From contig JAAILG010001921.1 in assembly GCA_012026655.1 (NCBI GenBank), forward strand, positions 1 through 59,951: a DNA stretch of 59,951 nt, in the 5' to 3' direction. The notes below the pieces were generated by a model. The model saw nothing but the letters and a program-made list of their open reading frames with translations. It did no database searches and was not told where the DNA came from. This DNA comes from Hydrolagus affinis. Taxonomy: Eukaryota. A program made the position numbers and the translations under genes. Positions 1 through 10,678 of this stretch are shown piece by piece. Position 1 is the stretch's first letter; each line of letters begins with the position of its first letter.

Positions 1-399
1 TCTCTCCCTTGCCCCACCCTCTCTCTTGCCTCCCTCTCTCCCTTGCAACCCTTCCACCTTTGTCTTCCTCTCTCCCCTTTCCTCTTTTCTCCCTTTCTGG
101 CCCTATTTTCACGACTGTTTGTGGGGGACGCTGCTGTGCGCAATTTGGCTGCCGCGTTTTCACCCACAAATCTACAGTTAAATTATTAAATATTAAATGT
201 AATTTTTTTTGTGGTTGCTGTTGTATCAAATGCAAGGATTATTATTATTATTGTAACCCAAGTAAAGATTAATTTTAATTCAGATTTGAACAAAAAAAAT
301 CTATTTTTACCCAGGACGCCAGTTGTCAGACAATAATACACCTTATTAAACAATAACAACAACAAAAATTACACTATATATTTATATACTGTAATGAAT

Positions 400-718
400 T
401 TGATATCAACTCTCATTGGGTCTGGCCTCCCTCCCTCCCTCGAATCCTCCACTCCACCATCGGAGGCCGTGCCTTCAGCCACTACCCCCCACCCCCCCCC
501 ACCGAGGCTCTGGAACTCCTTTCCTCACTCCGTTCGCCTCGCTTCCTCCCTTTCCTCTCACTTTCTACTTTCAGGTCTCGACTGAAGACCTTTCTTTTCG
601 ACCGCGCTTTCGGTCACCTTCTTTGCCCTCCCGCTGGCTCGGCCCCGGGATCCGTTATTGGGAAGCGCTCTGAGACCCGTCTGGGCTGGAGGGCGCAATA
701 TAAATCCTTGTTGTTGAT
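400..718 (+). mobile_element. L2 (CR1/L2 clade) LINE 3' fragment
   Basis: Degenerate ORF2 C-terminus (STIGGRAFS..LWNS..FRSRLKT) plus a 3' tail ending (TTG)n. Confidence 0.8.
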
Positions 719-1679
719 ATTAGCAACTTAAAGAGCTTTTACTGTAAAGCATAATCATTGGCTATTGATAAGTAATAATACTAATAATCCTTGCAGTTGA
801 TGTAGCACTTTTCAAGTCTTCTAGACGTCTCAAAGCGTTTCACAGAATACACTGTAAAGTGAATTGACTGTATCTTTTGTGGGCGAAACGCGGCAGCCAA
901 TTGCGCACGGCAGTCTCCCACAAACAGTCGTGGATTGAGTGACCAAATTATTATTTTTTTTCTTGAGGGATTATTATCTATTTTTTAGTAAGAACGCACT
1001 ATATTCTTTGTCAGCTTTAACGTGCACATTAACTTAGTTCTCAAAAGGCTTTGTGTGTTTCCTCTACTAGATGTGGGCAGCCAATTTTGCACGCAGCACA
1101 AACAGCCCTGAAGTGAATGACCAATATGATTTGGGAGATTGATGGCCAGGACACTGGGGAAAACTTACATCCGCTTTTTGATTTGTGCCACAGAGGCAGG
1201 CAGGGCAGGGCAGGCAAGACCCTCGGTCATTCTCCAAAAAATAGCATTGAAAGCTGCAATATTGCGTTCACCCACAGAAATACAGTCAATCCACTGTATC
1301 ATATAATAACAATCCTTGCATTTGTTGTAGCCCCTCATCATGTCTTCAAGACGTCTCAAAGAGCTTCACCGAATATACTGTGAGGCGCTTTGAGACTCCC
1401 CAACGACGTGATAAGTCGCAATGTCTGTGCGCAATTGGCTGCTGCGTTTCATCCATAAATATACAGGCAATTTGCTTTACAGTATATTCTGTGAAACGCT
1501 TTGAGACGTCTGGAAGATGTGAACAACGCTATATCAAAATGCAATGATTATTATTATATTAAATGCAAGGATTCTTATTATTAATACACTGGATGTTTGG
1601 TGTTCAATATGCTGAGCGAGCCAGTCAATGTGGTCTGACTCAGGCCTTGTTCAAGACTCCTCATCTCCTCCATGTTTAG

Positions 1680-1859
1680 GTTCTGCACATGCTCAGCATG
1701 GACAGCAGAGGAAGTTGGACTGCACCTTTATGGAAGATGGTCCCCAAGTCGGAACCATGTTTGCCCCAGAAATCATCCGGAGGAAGGCCATCCTGGTCTT
1801 TGGCGATATGGGGGCAGAGGACTCACAGCAAGAAAAAGCCATCACCTTCAATGTTAAAG
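1680..1859 (+). CDS. TAPBPL: Tapasin-like exon: start of N-terminal domain (..KLDCTFMEDGPQVGTMFAPEIIRRKAILVFG..ITFNVK)
   Basis: Acceptor catgtttag, donor AAAG|gtacgt, phase 1-1, 180 nt. Confidence 0.88.
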
Positions 1860-4800
1860 GTACGTACGGCGTAGGGATTAAATTCACGCTCCGCTAACGT
1901 GTTCTATCAGTATGTCCCGAGGACCTCTGATGCACTGTATTTAACCCTATGTAGTGTTTCTCCTCAAATACAGTCACTACATTTAATAGTAAGGGTTTTG
2001 AGATACTTTGATGACATGAAGAGATGCTTATATTGAATTTGAGAGTTAATAAAGCTCCAAGCTATGCCAATATTAATAATAATCAGTTGATATAGCGCTT
2101 TATCACGTCATTGAGAAGTCTCAAAGCGCTTGCTTCACACGATATCTTGTAAAGTGGGTTGACTGTATTTTGTGGGCGAAACACGGTAGCCAATTGCGCC
2201 CAGGGTCGTCCCACAAACAGTTGCGGGTTGAGTAACCAATTTTTTGGGAGGCATTATTACCCCCTGTAAAGCGAACTGCTTTCCAGGTACAACAATCTTT
2301 GGCTGCTTTTGGTTGCAGATATTTGCTCCTTGCTTTCCGTGCCTTGCAAATCCGCGTTGTCTTCTGTCGATCCAACAAGCAGGTGGATTTTTGCCTCGTG
2401 TTTTTGCAGAGCTCTCGCTGGACATGTTCCAATACGTGGGAGGAGAAGGCAGCCAGTTGGAGTGTGAAGTCAAACGGTATTCTACTCACGGCATTCACGT
2501 GCCTTGGCCTGAGCAGGGTAAGGAGCTCGATGAGGATTTATTCAACCGCTGGTTCGTGGTGACCATCAAACACACCGACGACAAGTTCATCACCAGCAGC
2601 TTCTTGAGGAAGGTGCCAGAGACAGAGAGCCAGGAGGCAGCTGAGCATGGAACGAAAGAGGAAAATGAGGATTCGCCAATTGGTGACATGGACATTCTGC
2701 TGGTTAAAGGTAATGTTCGTAAGCAGCTAAGGAGCCCACCAAAGGGATGTGTGACTTGCGTGTGGGTGTGGGGTGTATTTGGGGGCTTGACATGATAATA
2801 ATAATCCATGTGTTGGATATAGTGCCTCATCACACCATTGAAACATTTCACAAGCCCTTCACAGAAAATACTGCTAAGTGGGTTCACTGGGTATTTTGTG
2901 GTTGAACCTCAGGAGCACATCAGTATCACACAAACAGCCGTGGATTGAGAGACCAAATCATTACTATTTAAAAAAAAATTTTTAATGCAAATTATTACCC
3001 CTGGTAAAAGCCATCCGCCAATCCACTAACAACCTGGTTCCCACTTACTGCTGAGTAAACAGACTTTTGGAGTAAGGAAACTTGCATAAGGTTTCCCCAC
3101 TGGTGGGGGAATCGAACTCAGGTCCTCTCGCTCGCGAGGCGAGTATTCCAACTATGACTCTACGAGATGCCAATGCATGACGATGAGTATAAGGAAATAC
3201 TTTGTATATGGAGCTCCTGTGGCTCAGTGGTTAGAGCACTTGTCTTGCAAGCTGAGGAGACCCAAGCTGGGGAGACCTGTGTTCGAATCCAGGCAGGTCA
3301 GGGCGAAACCTTGGGCAAGTTTCCTTACTCCACACCCCTAATAATAATTCCTCCAAAAAAACGCCACAATAATAACATTGGTCATTTCAGTCCACGACTG
3401 TTTTGTGGGACACTGCTGTGCGCAATTGGCTGCCACGATTCGTCCACAAATAAATACAGTCAATTCACTTTACAGTATATTCTGTGAAGCGCTTTGGGAT
3501 GTTGATAAGATGTGAAAAGCGCTATATCAAATGCAAGGATTATTATTATTATGATATCTTTTACTTGCGTGATAAGGCGCTGTATTGAATGCAGTGAGTA
3601 TTATTATTATTATTATTATCATTACAATATTATTATATCCGGGCTGCACGATGAAGCAGAGAGAAAGTTTCCAATCCCAATGACTTTGGACGCTGTCCAT
3701 TGGTCTTTTTTGCACCCCCCCCAGTGGTCTACATAGTCCGCACAAGCACCCCGTTGATCCGAGCCAAACTTAAGCAAGACGTGATGCTGGACTGCGGCTA
3801 CAAGATCGACCACAGTGCCGACGTCAACATCGAATGGCGGCACCAGCACAAGAGAGCGAGGACCAAGCTGTTCTCCTACAATGGGCGACACCGCCAGGTC
3901 GAGCACCTGGAGCCGGGGGTCACAGCCTTCGAGGAGCAGATCAAGAATGGGAACGCTTCCATTCGCATCCAGAACGTGGCCATCAAAGACGAGGGCACCT
4001 ACATCTGCTCGGTCTACGTCCCCCCGCTCTTTGGCACGAACACTGTCCTCTTGGAGATTGTGGGTAAGGTCACCTGGGAACTTAAGACTCGGCTCTTGCC
4101 CACCTACAATGTCAATAGCTTGAGTTTAGCGTAGCGCTTTTCACGTCAGGAGGATGTCCCGAGGCATTGGGCAGTCAGGGTTCTGCACCCGAGTTGGTGG
4201 TTAGGATCAGGAGGGGTGGAGACCTTTGAGGGTTGGGATAGGAAGATGACCAAAGGCACGGTCGAAGAGGAGCACCTTGAGACAGACCGTAAGGGAGGCA
4301 AGGGAGGGAGTGAGGTGTAGGGACTGTGGGATGAAAGGCCCACGCTTCATTCGTGGGGCAGGCAAGGTTGGGGGACGAGAAGCAAGCCCTCTAGCATTAG
4401 GTAAGCAAGATGCGTCCCTCCAAGAAGAGAGTGTGCATTCCAATTCAACAACCTATGAAACCACTAAAACAAACAATTATAATTTGGTCACTTCAATCCA
4501 CGATTGTTTGTGGGACGCTGCTGTGCACAATTGACTGCTGTGTTTTGCTCACAAATATACAGTCAATTCACTTTACTGTGACGCACTTTGACGCATCTAG
4601 AAGACTTGGACAATTGGAGGAGGTGCAGTTTGCTTTGACCGAGCGCTAATCTGTGATATTTTGTGATTTCTGTGATTTTTTTGTCGGCTAAACGTTTTGG
4701 GATGCCTGGCGAGGAGGTTAAGGGGGAGAAGAGAGGTGACAGTGCGTGTGAACAAAGAGGAATGATTGATGTATATATATTTACATATTTATAAGGAAGG

Positions 4801-7468
4801 CACTATATCAAATTCAAAGAATTATTATTATTATAGGTGCAATTTTCATACAGAAAGGGAGAGGCGAGACAGAATGATAAAGTGAAGGGGTTTCCAGAGA
4901 TTAGGAGCGTAGCCGGAGGGAAGGAGGAGGCGAGCAGAGCAATGGGGTATGAGGAGTTCGAAGACACGCAGTATTAGTGGCCAAGGTGAAAACACGTAGC
5001 AAGGGACCCAATCGATGGTGTGGTTTTAAAGTAAACCTTGCGCTTGTTCCTCAATAAAACCTTCGAAAACAAAATGAAACGGTTCTCAACGGTTTCCCTG
5101 GCAGAATCGCCCATCGTGCAGATGAACACTGAGCCTCTCCAGCTGACGGACGGCGAGGAGCGGAAGCTGACGTGCGAGATGGCACGTTACTACCCTCTGG
5201 ATGTGTCGGTCAGGTGGCTGCGGCATTGGGAGGGGCAACACACACTGCCCGATTACCTGGAGAACATGGTCTTCTCGCCCCACCGGAGGAACGCGGATGG
5301 CACCTTCAACCTGACCAGCTTCCTGAGGTTCCGGGCGTCGCTCAAGGACAACGGAGCCCTGTACACGTGTCGAGTCGACCACCTCAGCCTCAGGAAAACC
5401 ATCAACCGATCGGTCCCCGTCATCGTGAAGCGTAAGCGCACAGCACAGGCGGGGTGGGGTGGGGTGGGGTGGGGTCGGTGGGGTGGGGTGGGTGGGGTGG
5501 GGTGAACTGGGAGTGGGGTCATGGGGGCTCGGGTTGTTTGCGAGTAATTAGAATTATATAATAAACAGCTCCCAGATCAGGAAGCGGAGGGAATGGGTGG
5601 GAGGGGGCGGGGGGAGGGAGGGAGGGAGAGTTAATGTAATTTTTGTAGGTTGTTCGAAACTCAAATCTCAAACACTTCACTTTGCGACCATGGAGCGAGC
5701 GCACTTTAGAGTGAATTCTGTCACGCACTGTGACGCGTGAAAAGCAAGGATTATTGTTGATATATTCTTGTGGCGTACCTCTCATTTTAAAAGCATGCAG
5801 TTGTGAAAAATTACCCTATTTTTCATTTGGAAAATATTTGTCTTTGTTTGCTGTTGTTTGAAAATTTGCCTCAAAATGTTACAGCTCGACCTCCGGGCAT
5901 AGCAGCTTTCCTCATTTGGTTCGGCATCATCGCCCTCATCGTTGTCTTCGTCACTGTCCTCATCGTTCTGATTTGCTCCTTGAGCAAAGGTGAGTATCTG
6001 CACATAGAAAAGATTGGAGCCAGATTGGGTTCTGATGGAATGAACCGGGAGAAATTATCTCCACTGGTAGGTGGTTCAGAAGCCAGAGATTTAAGCGATT
6101 TGCCAAAAAGAGGAAAGGGCGATTTCAGAAGAACAGTTTGTTTTTAAACACAAAGGACAGTTAGGTTGTGGAATGCTCTGCCTAAAACTGTGGTCACGGA
6201 GAATCACTGGTAGCTTTAAAGAGGGGAGTAGATAAGCGTCAACACAAGAGAAGTATGAAAGGCTGTGGGAGAGGCATGAGAATTGGACTGAACAGATAGA
6301 TCTTACCGTGAATCAAGGCTGGAGCAAATAATTGTTCTGCGCTATAAATTTCTGTGGGTTTAAGTTGATAAGTAGCCTCAAACCGGACTCGCCATTTTGT
6401 GGGCCTCTTTCGAAGGCTCGACAACATTCACAGCATTTTTCCACCATTTACTCCAAGGCGTGCTTTGTTACACACCGAGAACTGGAGGAAATGGGCAATT
6501 TCCGCAAAAATGTACGAACTTGCAGACTCAACCAACATTTTATTTCGATGTAAAACTCCCACCGTGAAAATCCTCGTCACAAAACTCCAATGACATATAC
6601 GTTGCCGCACATGACTTTGAGAGAGTGTTTATCGCTAAGGATCACGGCTGGCTAAGACTACTTCAAGTCCGCTGCTCCGTGAATGAAAAGATGTACCAGT
6701 GATAGGAAGAGTGCGATTCCCATGACCCTCTTCTTGCCGGCAGGATGCAATTGTGCCGATGTGAACTTTTTGACCATTCTCTTTATCTTTTTCCTTCACA
6801 GACAGGGAAAGAAACAAGGTAAAAGCCAACGCCTTTTTGTTTTTCTTACTCGATTCGTGAAACCTATGTTGGTTAGTAAGGGCTAACGCTAACGCAGAGA
6901 ATTCATTGGTGAAATCCCAAAGGTCCCCTCATAGTGTCTTCCCCCAATCATTCTAGTGGTGAAATGTAGTCTTGGCTGTGTGAGCGCCACATTGTCGGAG
7001 GTGCTGTGTTATGGATGAGATGATAAAACCGAGGTCCAATTCTGTGCCTGTTTAAGTGAAAATTAAAGATCCTGTGGGCTCTGTCAGAAAAGAAATGGGC
7101 TAAGAACTCCCCCCACCCCCCCCACCCCCATCCCACTGATAAAATAGGTCATTGACTTCATGGCCGTGTTGTGGGACATTGCTGTGTGCAAATTAGCTGG
7201 TGTGTTTGCATACAAATCCGCAGTTAATATCCTGCGCAGTATATCCTGTGAAGCGCTTTCCGATATCATCGTGAATACTTTCAGGATTTTTATCGCTAGG
7301 ATTATTGTGTTATTTATTTAAGCTTTCCCACAAAATGATCACTTTATCCACTCAATGTTAATTAAGTGCAGAGGGCGGAGAGACGTTCCGATGCGATTTC
7401 TCTCTTAACAGAAACTCAACACAATGCTCTCTTTTTCTTTCTCTTTTCAACAGAAGAAGCCGTACTAA
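1680..7468 (+). CDS. TAPBPL: Tapasin-family (tapasin-related / TAPBP-like) type I membrane protein, 5'-partial. Exons 1680-1859, 2410-2709, 3725-4063, 5105-5431, 5885-5989, 6802-6818, 7454-7468
   Basis: All GT-AG joins keep one frame (1283 nt plus 1 nt from the missing exon = 427 aa + stop). Tapasin-family motifs: LDCTFMED, LECEVKRY, IgV DCG..EWRHQH..DEGTYIC, IgC1 LTCEMARYYP..YTCRVDH, TM, KKxx tail. Family is secure; orthology (TAPBPR vs a third lineage) is not. Confidence 0.9.
2410..2709 (+). CDS. TAPBPL: Tapasin-like exon: rest of N-terminal domain (ELSLDMFQY..LECEVKRY..WFVVTIKH..DILLVK)
   Basis: Acceptor gtttttgcag, donor AAAG|gtaatg, phase 1-1, 300 nt. Confidence 0.9.
2795..3170 (-). mobile_element. 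tRNA-derived SINE, long subfamily
   Basis: Reverse-complement tRNA head, extra tacctagcagtaagtaggaacc-type segment, Deu-like body, (ATT)n tail. Confidence 0.75.
3210..3552 (+). mobile_element. Full-length tRNA-derived SINE, short subfamily
   Basis: A box TGGCTCAGTGG (3220), B box GTTCGAATCC (3281), body shared with dozens of copies in the window, (TTA)n tail. Confidence 0.9.
3725..4063 (+). CDS. TAPBPL: Tapasin-like exon: IgV domain
   Basis: Acceptor ccccag, donor GTGG|gtaagg; V-set signature DCG..IEW..ASIRIQNVAIKDEGTYIC. Confidence 0.93.
4100..4400 (-). mobile_element. L2 LINE 3' fragment
   Basis: Reverse complement of the SLASLTVCLK..LFDRAF ORF2 end and the shared L2 tail. Confidence 0.7.
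5105..5431 (+). CDS. TAPBPL: Tapasin-like exon: IgC1 domain
   Basis: Acceptor ccctggcag, donor AAGC|gtaagc; C1-set signature LTCEMARYYP..VRW..NADGTF..YTCRVDH. Confidence 0.93.
5885..5989 (+). CDS. TAPBPL: Tapasin-like exon: transmembrane segment (PRPPGIAAFLIWFGIIALIVVFVTVLIVLICSLSK)
   Basis: Acceptor tgttacag, donor AAAG|gtgagt; about 25 consecutive hydrophobic residues. Confidence 0.88.
6010..6352 (+). mobile_element. CR1 LINE 3' fragment
   Basis: CR1-type ORF2 end remnant (ggttgtggaatgctctgcct..tttaaagaggggagtagataag) and 3' UTR. Confidence 0.7.
6802..6818 (+). CDS. TAPBPL: 17-nt cytoplasmic micro-exon (DRERNK)
   Basis: Pyrimidine-rich acceptor ttttccttcacag, donor AAG|gtaaaa; converts phase 1 to phase 0 as needed to read KKPY* in the next exon. 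Confidence 0.7.
7454..7468 (+). CDS. TAPBPL: Last coding exon (KKPY*)
   Basis: Long polypyrimidine tract ending ttttcaacag, then AAG AAG CCG TAC TAA. Confidence 0.72.
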   Translation, partial: KKPY

Positions 7469-7539
7469 AGCATTGGGCAAGACTCGGGGTGAGTGTCTGG
7501 AAGAGCTCTGTGCAATGAGTGCGGTTTCACTTTATACTT

Positions 7540-7790
7540 TATACATCCTGTAGTCCCTCTGCCTCGCCCCCCTCCCTGGCCTCTTTCAAGTCTCGCCTCA
7601 AGACTCTCCTCTTCAATGGACACATCAGCAACTCCTTATCCCCCCCTCCTTCCCTCCTCCTCCCCCGTCCGTCTGTCCGTCCATTAGTCCTCAGCTCAGG
7701 TCTGAAGCAGTAACTGTCCAGCGCTTTGGGACATCTTCCTGACGGGAAAGGCGCTAGACAAATGTAATTTTGTTGTTGTGGTTGTTGTTA
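7540..7790 (+). mobile_element. L2 LINE 3' fragment
   Basis: [15 protein letters not shown] remnant; tail gcgctttgggacatcttcctgacgggaaaggcgctagacaaatgtaattttgttgttg. Confidence 0.75.
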
Positions 7791-9148
7791 TACCGATTGT
7801 GAAACTCTGATGAATACTGAGCCCAGATCAGCCAGAACAGATCACAGGTCTAATGTGAGACAGTACAGATTGGAGGCAAGAGGGAGGTGACCCTATGTGC
7901 AGTTGAAGGGAGTAGGTTTAAGCGCTCCTGGCCGCTGCACCACATGAAGATTGCTGCATAAATGCAAATTGTTGTTGTTTTAAGGCTGTGTTTGAAAGAC
8001 AGACAGAGATTGAGGCTCCAGATAACACGTCCACGGCAGTTGAGTATTTCCGCAACACTATGTTAAATCGGCTAACTCATATTGTGTCAGCTGGTTTCAA
8101 ACAAGTTTGCCCACAAAATACCGCGGGGTATACTGTACAGAGTGTCCTCTGATGCGAAAGGCGCCACGTTAACTGTAAGATTTACTATCATTGTTATTGG
8201 AAGTGAATGGAACAAACATTGGCTCGAGGCTACTGAGATCAGAATGACTGATACTCTTCCCCCTCTTTGTCTTCCCATCAGGTGTGGCTGAGCTGAGATA
8301 GTAGGAACGCTATTTGCTGCTTTGTGATTTCTTTCTCCCCCCATTCCCCAATCGAAGGATGTTAATTCCTAACGAAACTTGAGCCACAAGAGCGAAGGCT
8401 GCCAGCTACGTTAACGGAGTCGGATTGGTGACCGGGTTTACATTGATACCAGAGACTGAGAATGCTGCGACATTAACTGCACAGAACTCCTTAAAAAAGT
8501 AGGTCTCTGGACTCGGACACAAAGCGCCTGCGAGGTCACAGAATTTCTTCTTGTTGCGATGGGTGTATAGTTTTGGCCACAAAATACACAGTCACTTCAT
8601 ATTCGCGGTATATTCTGTGAAGCACTTTGAGATGCCTCGACAACATGAAAAGGCACAATCTCAAATGCGAGGATTATTATTATTATTATATCCAGATATA
8701 ATGGATATAATGGGGGAGGGGTGGGGTTGGAAAGAACAAGTGTGAAAGCACATCACTACAAGAGCAGCTCCATTAGCACATTATATATTTTCACTATTTC
8801 TCTTCACAGCCAGGTGTTTAGAAAATATTCATGTCTTTCTCCGCACCACTGCCCATCCCAACCCCACTCCCAATCCACTCACCAAATCCTGATAACTTGC
8901 AGTCTTCCAGAGCTCTTTTTAAGCAGGTTGATGGGTTTCCGCGTGCGTCAGAAACCCGGCTGAGCACAAATGAAACGTCATTAAGTTTATTAAGTTTGTG
9001 TGCCAAGGATGAGGGCAAGAGAGTTTGCCAACATCAGGGACATTTCTTTTTATCTCTGATGGAAAGTTAAGTATCAATTAAAAAAAACATATATTTCCTC
9101 CCTCTGTTTTTATTGTAAGTGAATTGTTCAAAATGTATTAATTTATAA

Positions 9149-9154
9149 AATAAA
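9149..9154 (+). terminator. Candidate polyadenylation signal of the tapasin-like gene
   Basis: AATAAA in AT-rich context about 1.7 kb after the stop; positional inference only. Confidence 0.3.
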
Positions 9155-9259
9155 TACATTTCATGCCACTGTTGCGATTCGACCAGATGTCGGCTGATAC
9201 AAAGGCCAGCGATGTATGTGTTTGTCTACACGGTGTTTTTCAAGCTATATTTTCTAAGG

Positions 9260-9532
9260 CAGCGGTTCTCAACCAGGGATACATATGGCGGTACATTGAT
9301 TTATTTAGCTCTCTTGTTTTATAGCCTTCCAAATTGTATATTTAATTGTTATTCCCCTCGTTTCGTATGTGCTAGTTATTTTGTTATATAAGAAAAGCTT
9401 GGTCATAAAATGCAAGTGGAATGAGAAGGGGTGGGGGTGGTGTGCGTCTATGTGTTTTGGTTTGACGGTGGGTACACGATAATGTTGAAAATTAACAAGG
9501 GGTACATGATTGAAAAAGGTTGAGAACCACTC
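9260..9532. mobile_element. hAT-Charlie-like MITE (old)
   Basis: TIRs CAGCGGTTCTCAACC / GGTTGAGAACCACTC; no clean 8-bp TSD. Confidence 0.65.
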
Positions 9533-10678
9533 ACAAGGTGACAATTGAATGGCAAGAAAATGATGCTCTCAGTGTGACAAGGCAGATCCTCTGAGGAGAG
9601 TTGAAGTTGGTCACCAAAAAGGTTGTGTCAAATACAACAGGATGCCACTAGGTGACAGACTCTCCCAGCAGTTGTTGCTGTTGCCTTCATCCACTTGTTC
9701 ATTGCGATGTGACTGTCCAGTGGGTCAAACACAGTTAATAAATCTGTGCATTGTTCAAGTCCTCACTGAGTTGCCCCTGTATCTCTTAATCTGCATTCCA
9801 ATTTACAACAACACACTCTCTCCCTCTAAACCATGGTCATACTTGCGTTCTCACTCAAGGGCAGCCCTTTCATCACAAACACTACGACTTGCTCTTCGTA
9901 TTTGCTGGTGCAAAAGTTTATAAATATCTCCAATAAACTTTGCCTCTTTGTGCTTGTGTATATATATGTGTCTGTATACTGTACTTGTTAAAAAAAAATC
10001 CCATGGCATTATTCGGAAAGAGAAGAGAGTTTCTCCCAGTGTCCTGGCCAACAATCCCCCTTCACTTCACGCCTGCTGTGTTCAGTTACACAAATACAGT
10101 CACTACACTTTGCAATGAAACCTGTGAAGCGCTTTGTGATGTTCTCCCAAAGTGAATAGTGCTGTATCAAATGCAGTCATTATTATTATCAATGATTTTC
10201 TCAATGGCACACACAAACAGTGAAATAAAACTTCATTAGCATCTGCCCAACTGGCTCTAAAAGTAAATAAAAGCCCACAAGACAGACTGGAATCCTTGTT
10301 AATTTTAGTTTAGACCTCAGATCTTTATCACTAGTAGATCTGACCATGGTAATCATGCACTGGAGTATGGTTACTTTAAATATGTTGCTACAAAAGGCAA
10401 ATGAACTTAGCAATCATATTGGAGCAGGGATTGTGATCACAACTTGAACTGAGGTTCAGTAGAATGGACGGGAATTCCCAAGGGCTCATTTGGTTTGAAA
10501 GTCACAATCGCCTACTTGGGTTGCTTGGGTCAATAATCTCCACATTGAAGCAGCGAGTTGCAACGCAAGAGCAAGGGGGGAAGCGCTTGATTAGTAAAGA
10601 TCACTCGCAGACGCCTTCCAACCGAGTGTGTAGGATCACACACTGCCTGTCCCTGTTGACAAAACAAAATTACATGTA

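Noticed and set aside
1-1679. Signal-peptide first exon of the tapasin-like gene
   Set aside because: No ATG-hydrophobic-phase-1 donor candidate found among SINE/L2 fragments; presumed upstream of the window
9252-9540. 8-bp TSD for the Charlie-like MITE
   Set aside because: Left ttctaagg and right acaaggtg/tcacaagg do not match; the element was kept as old, the TSD not claimed
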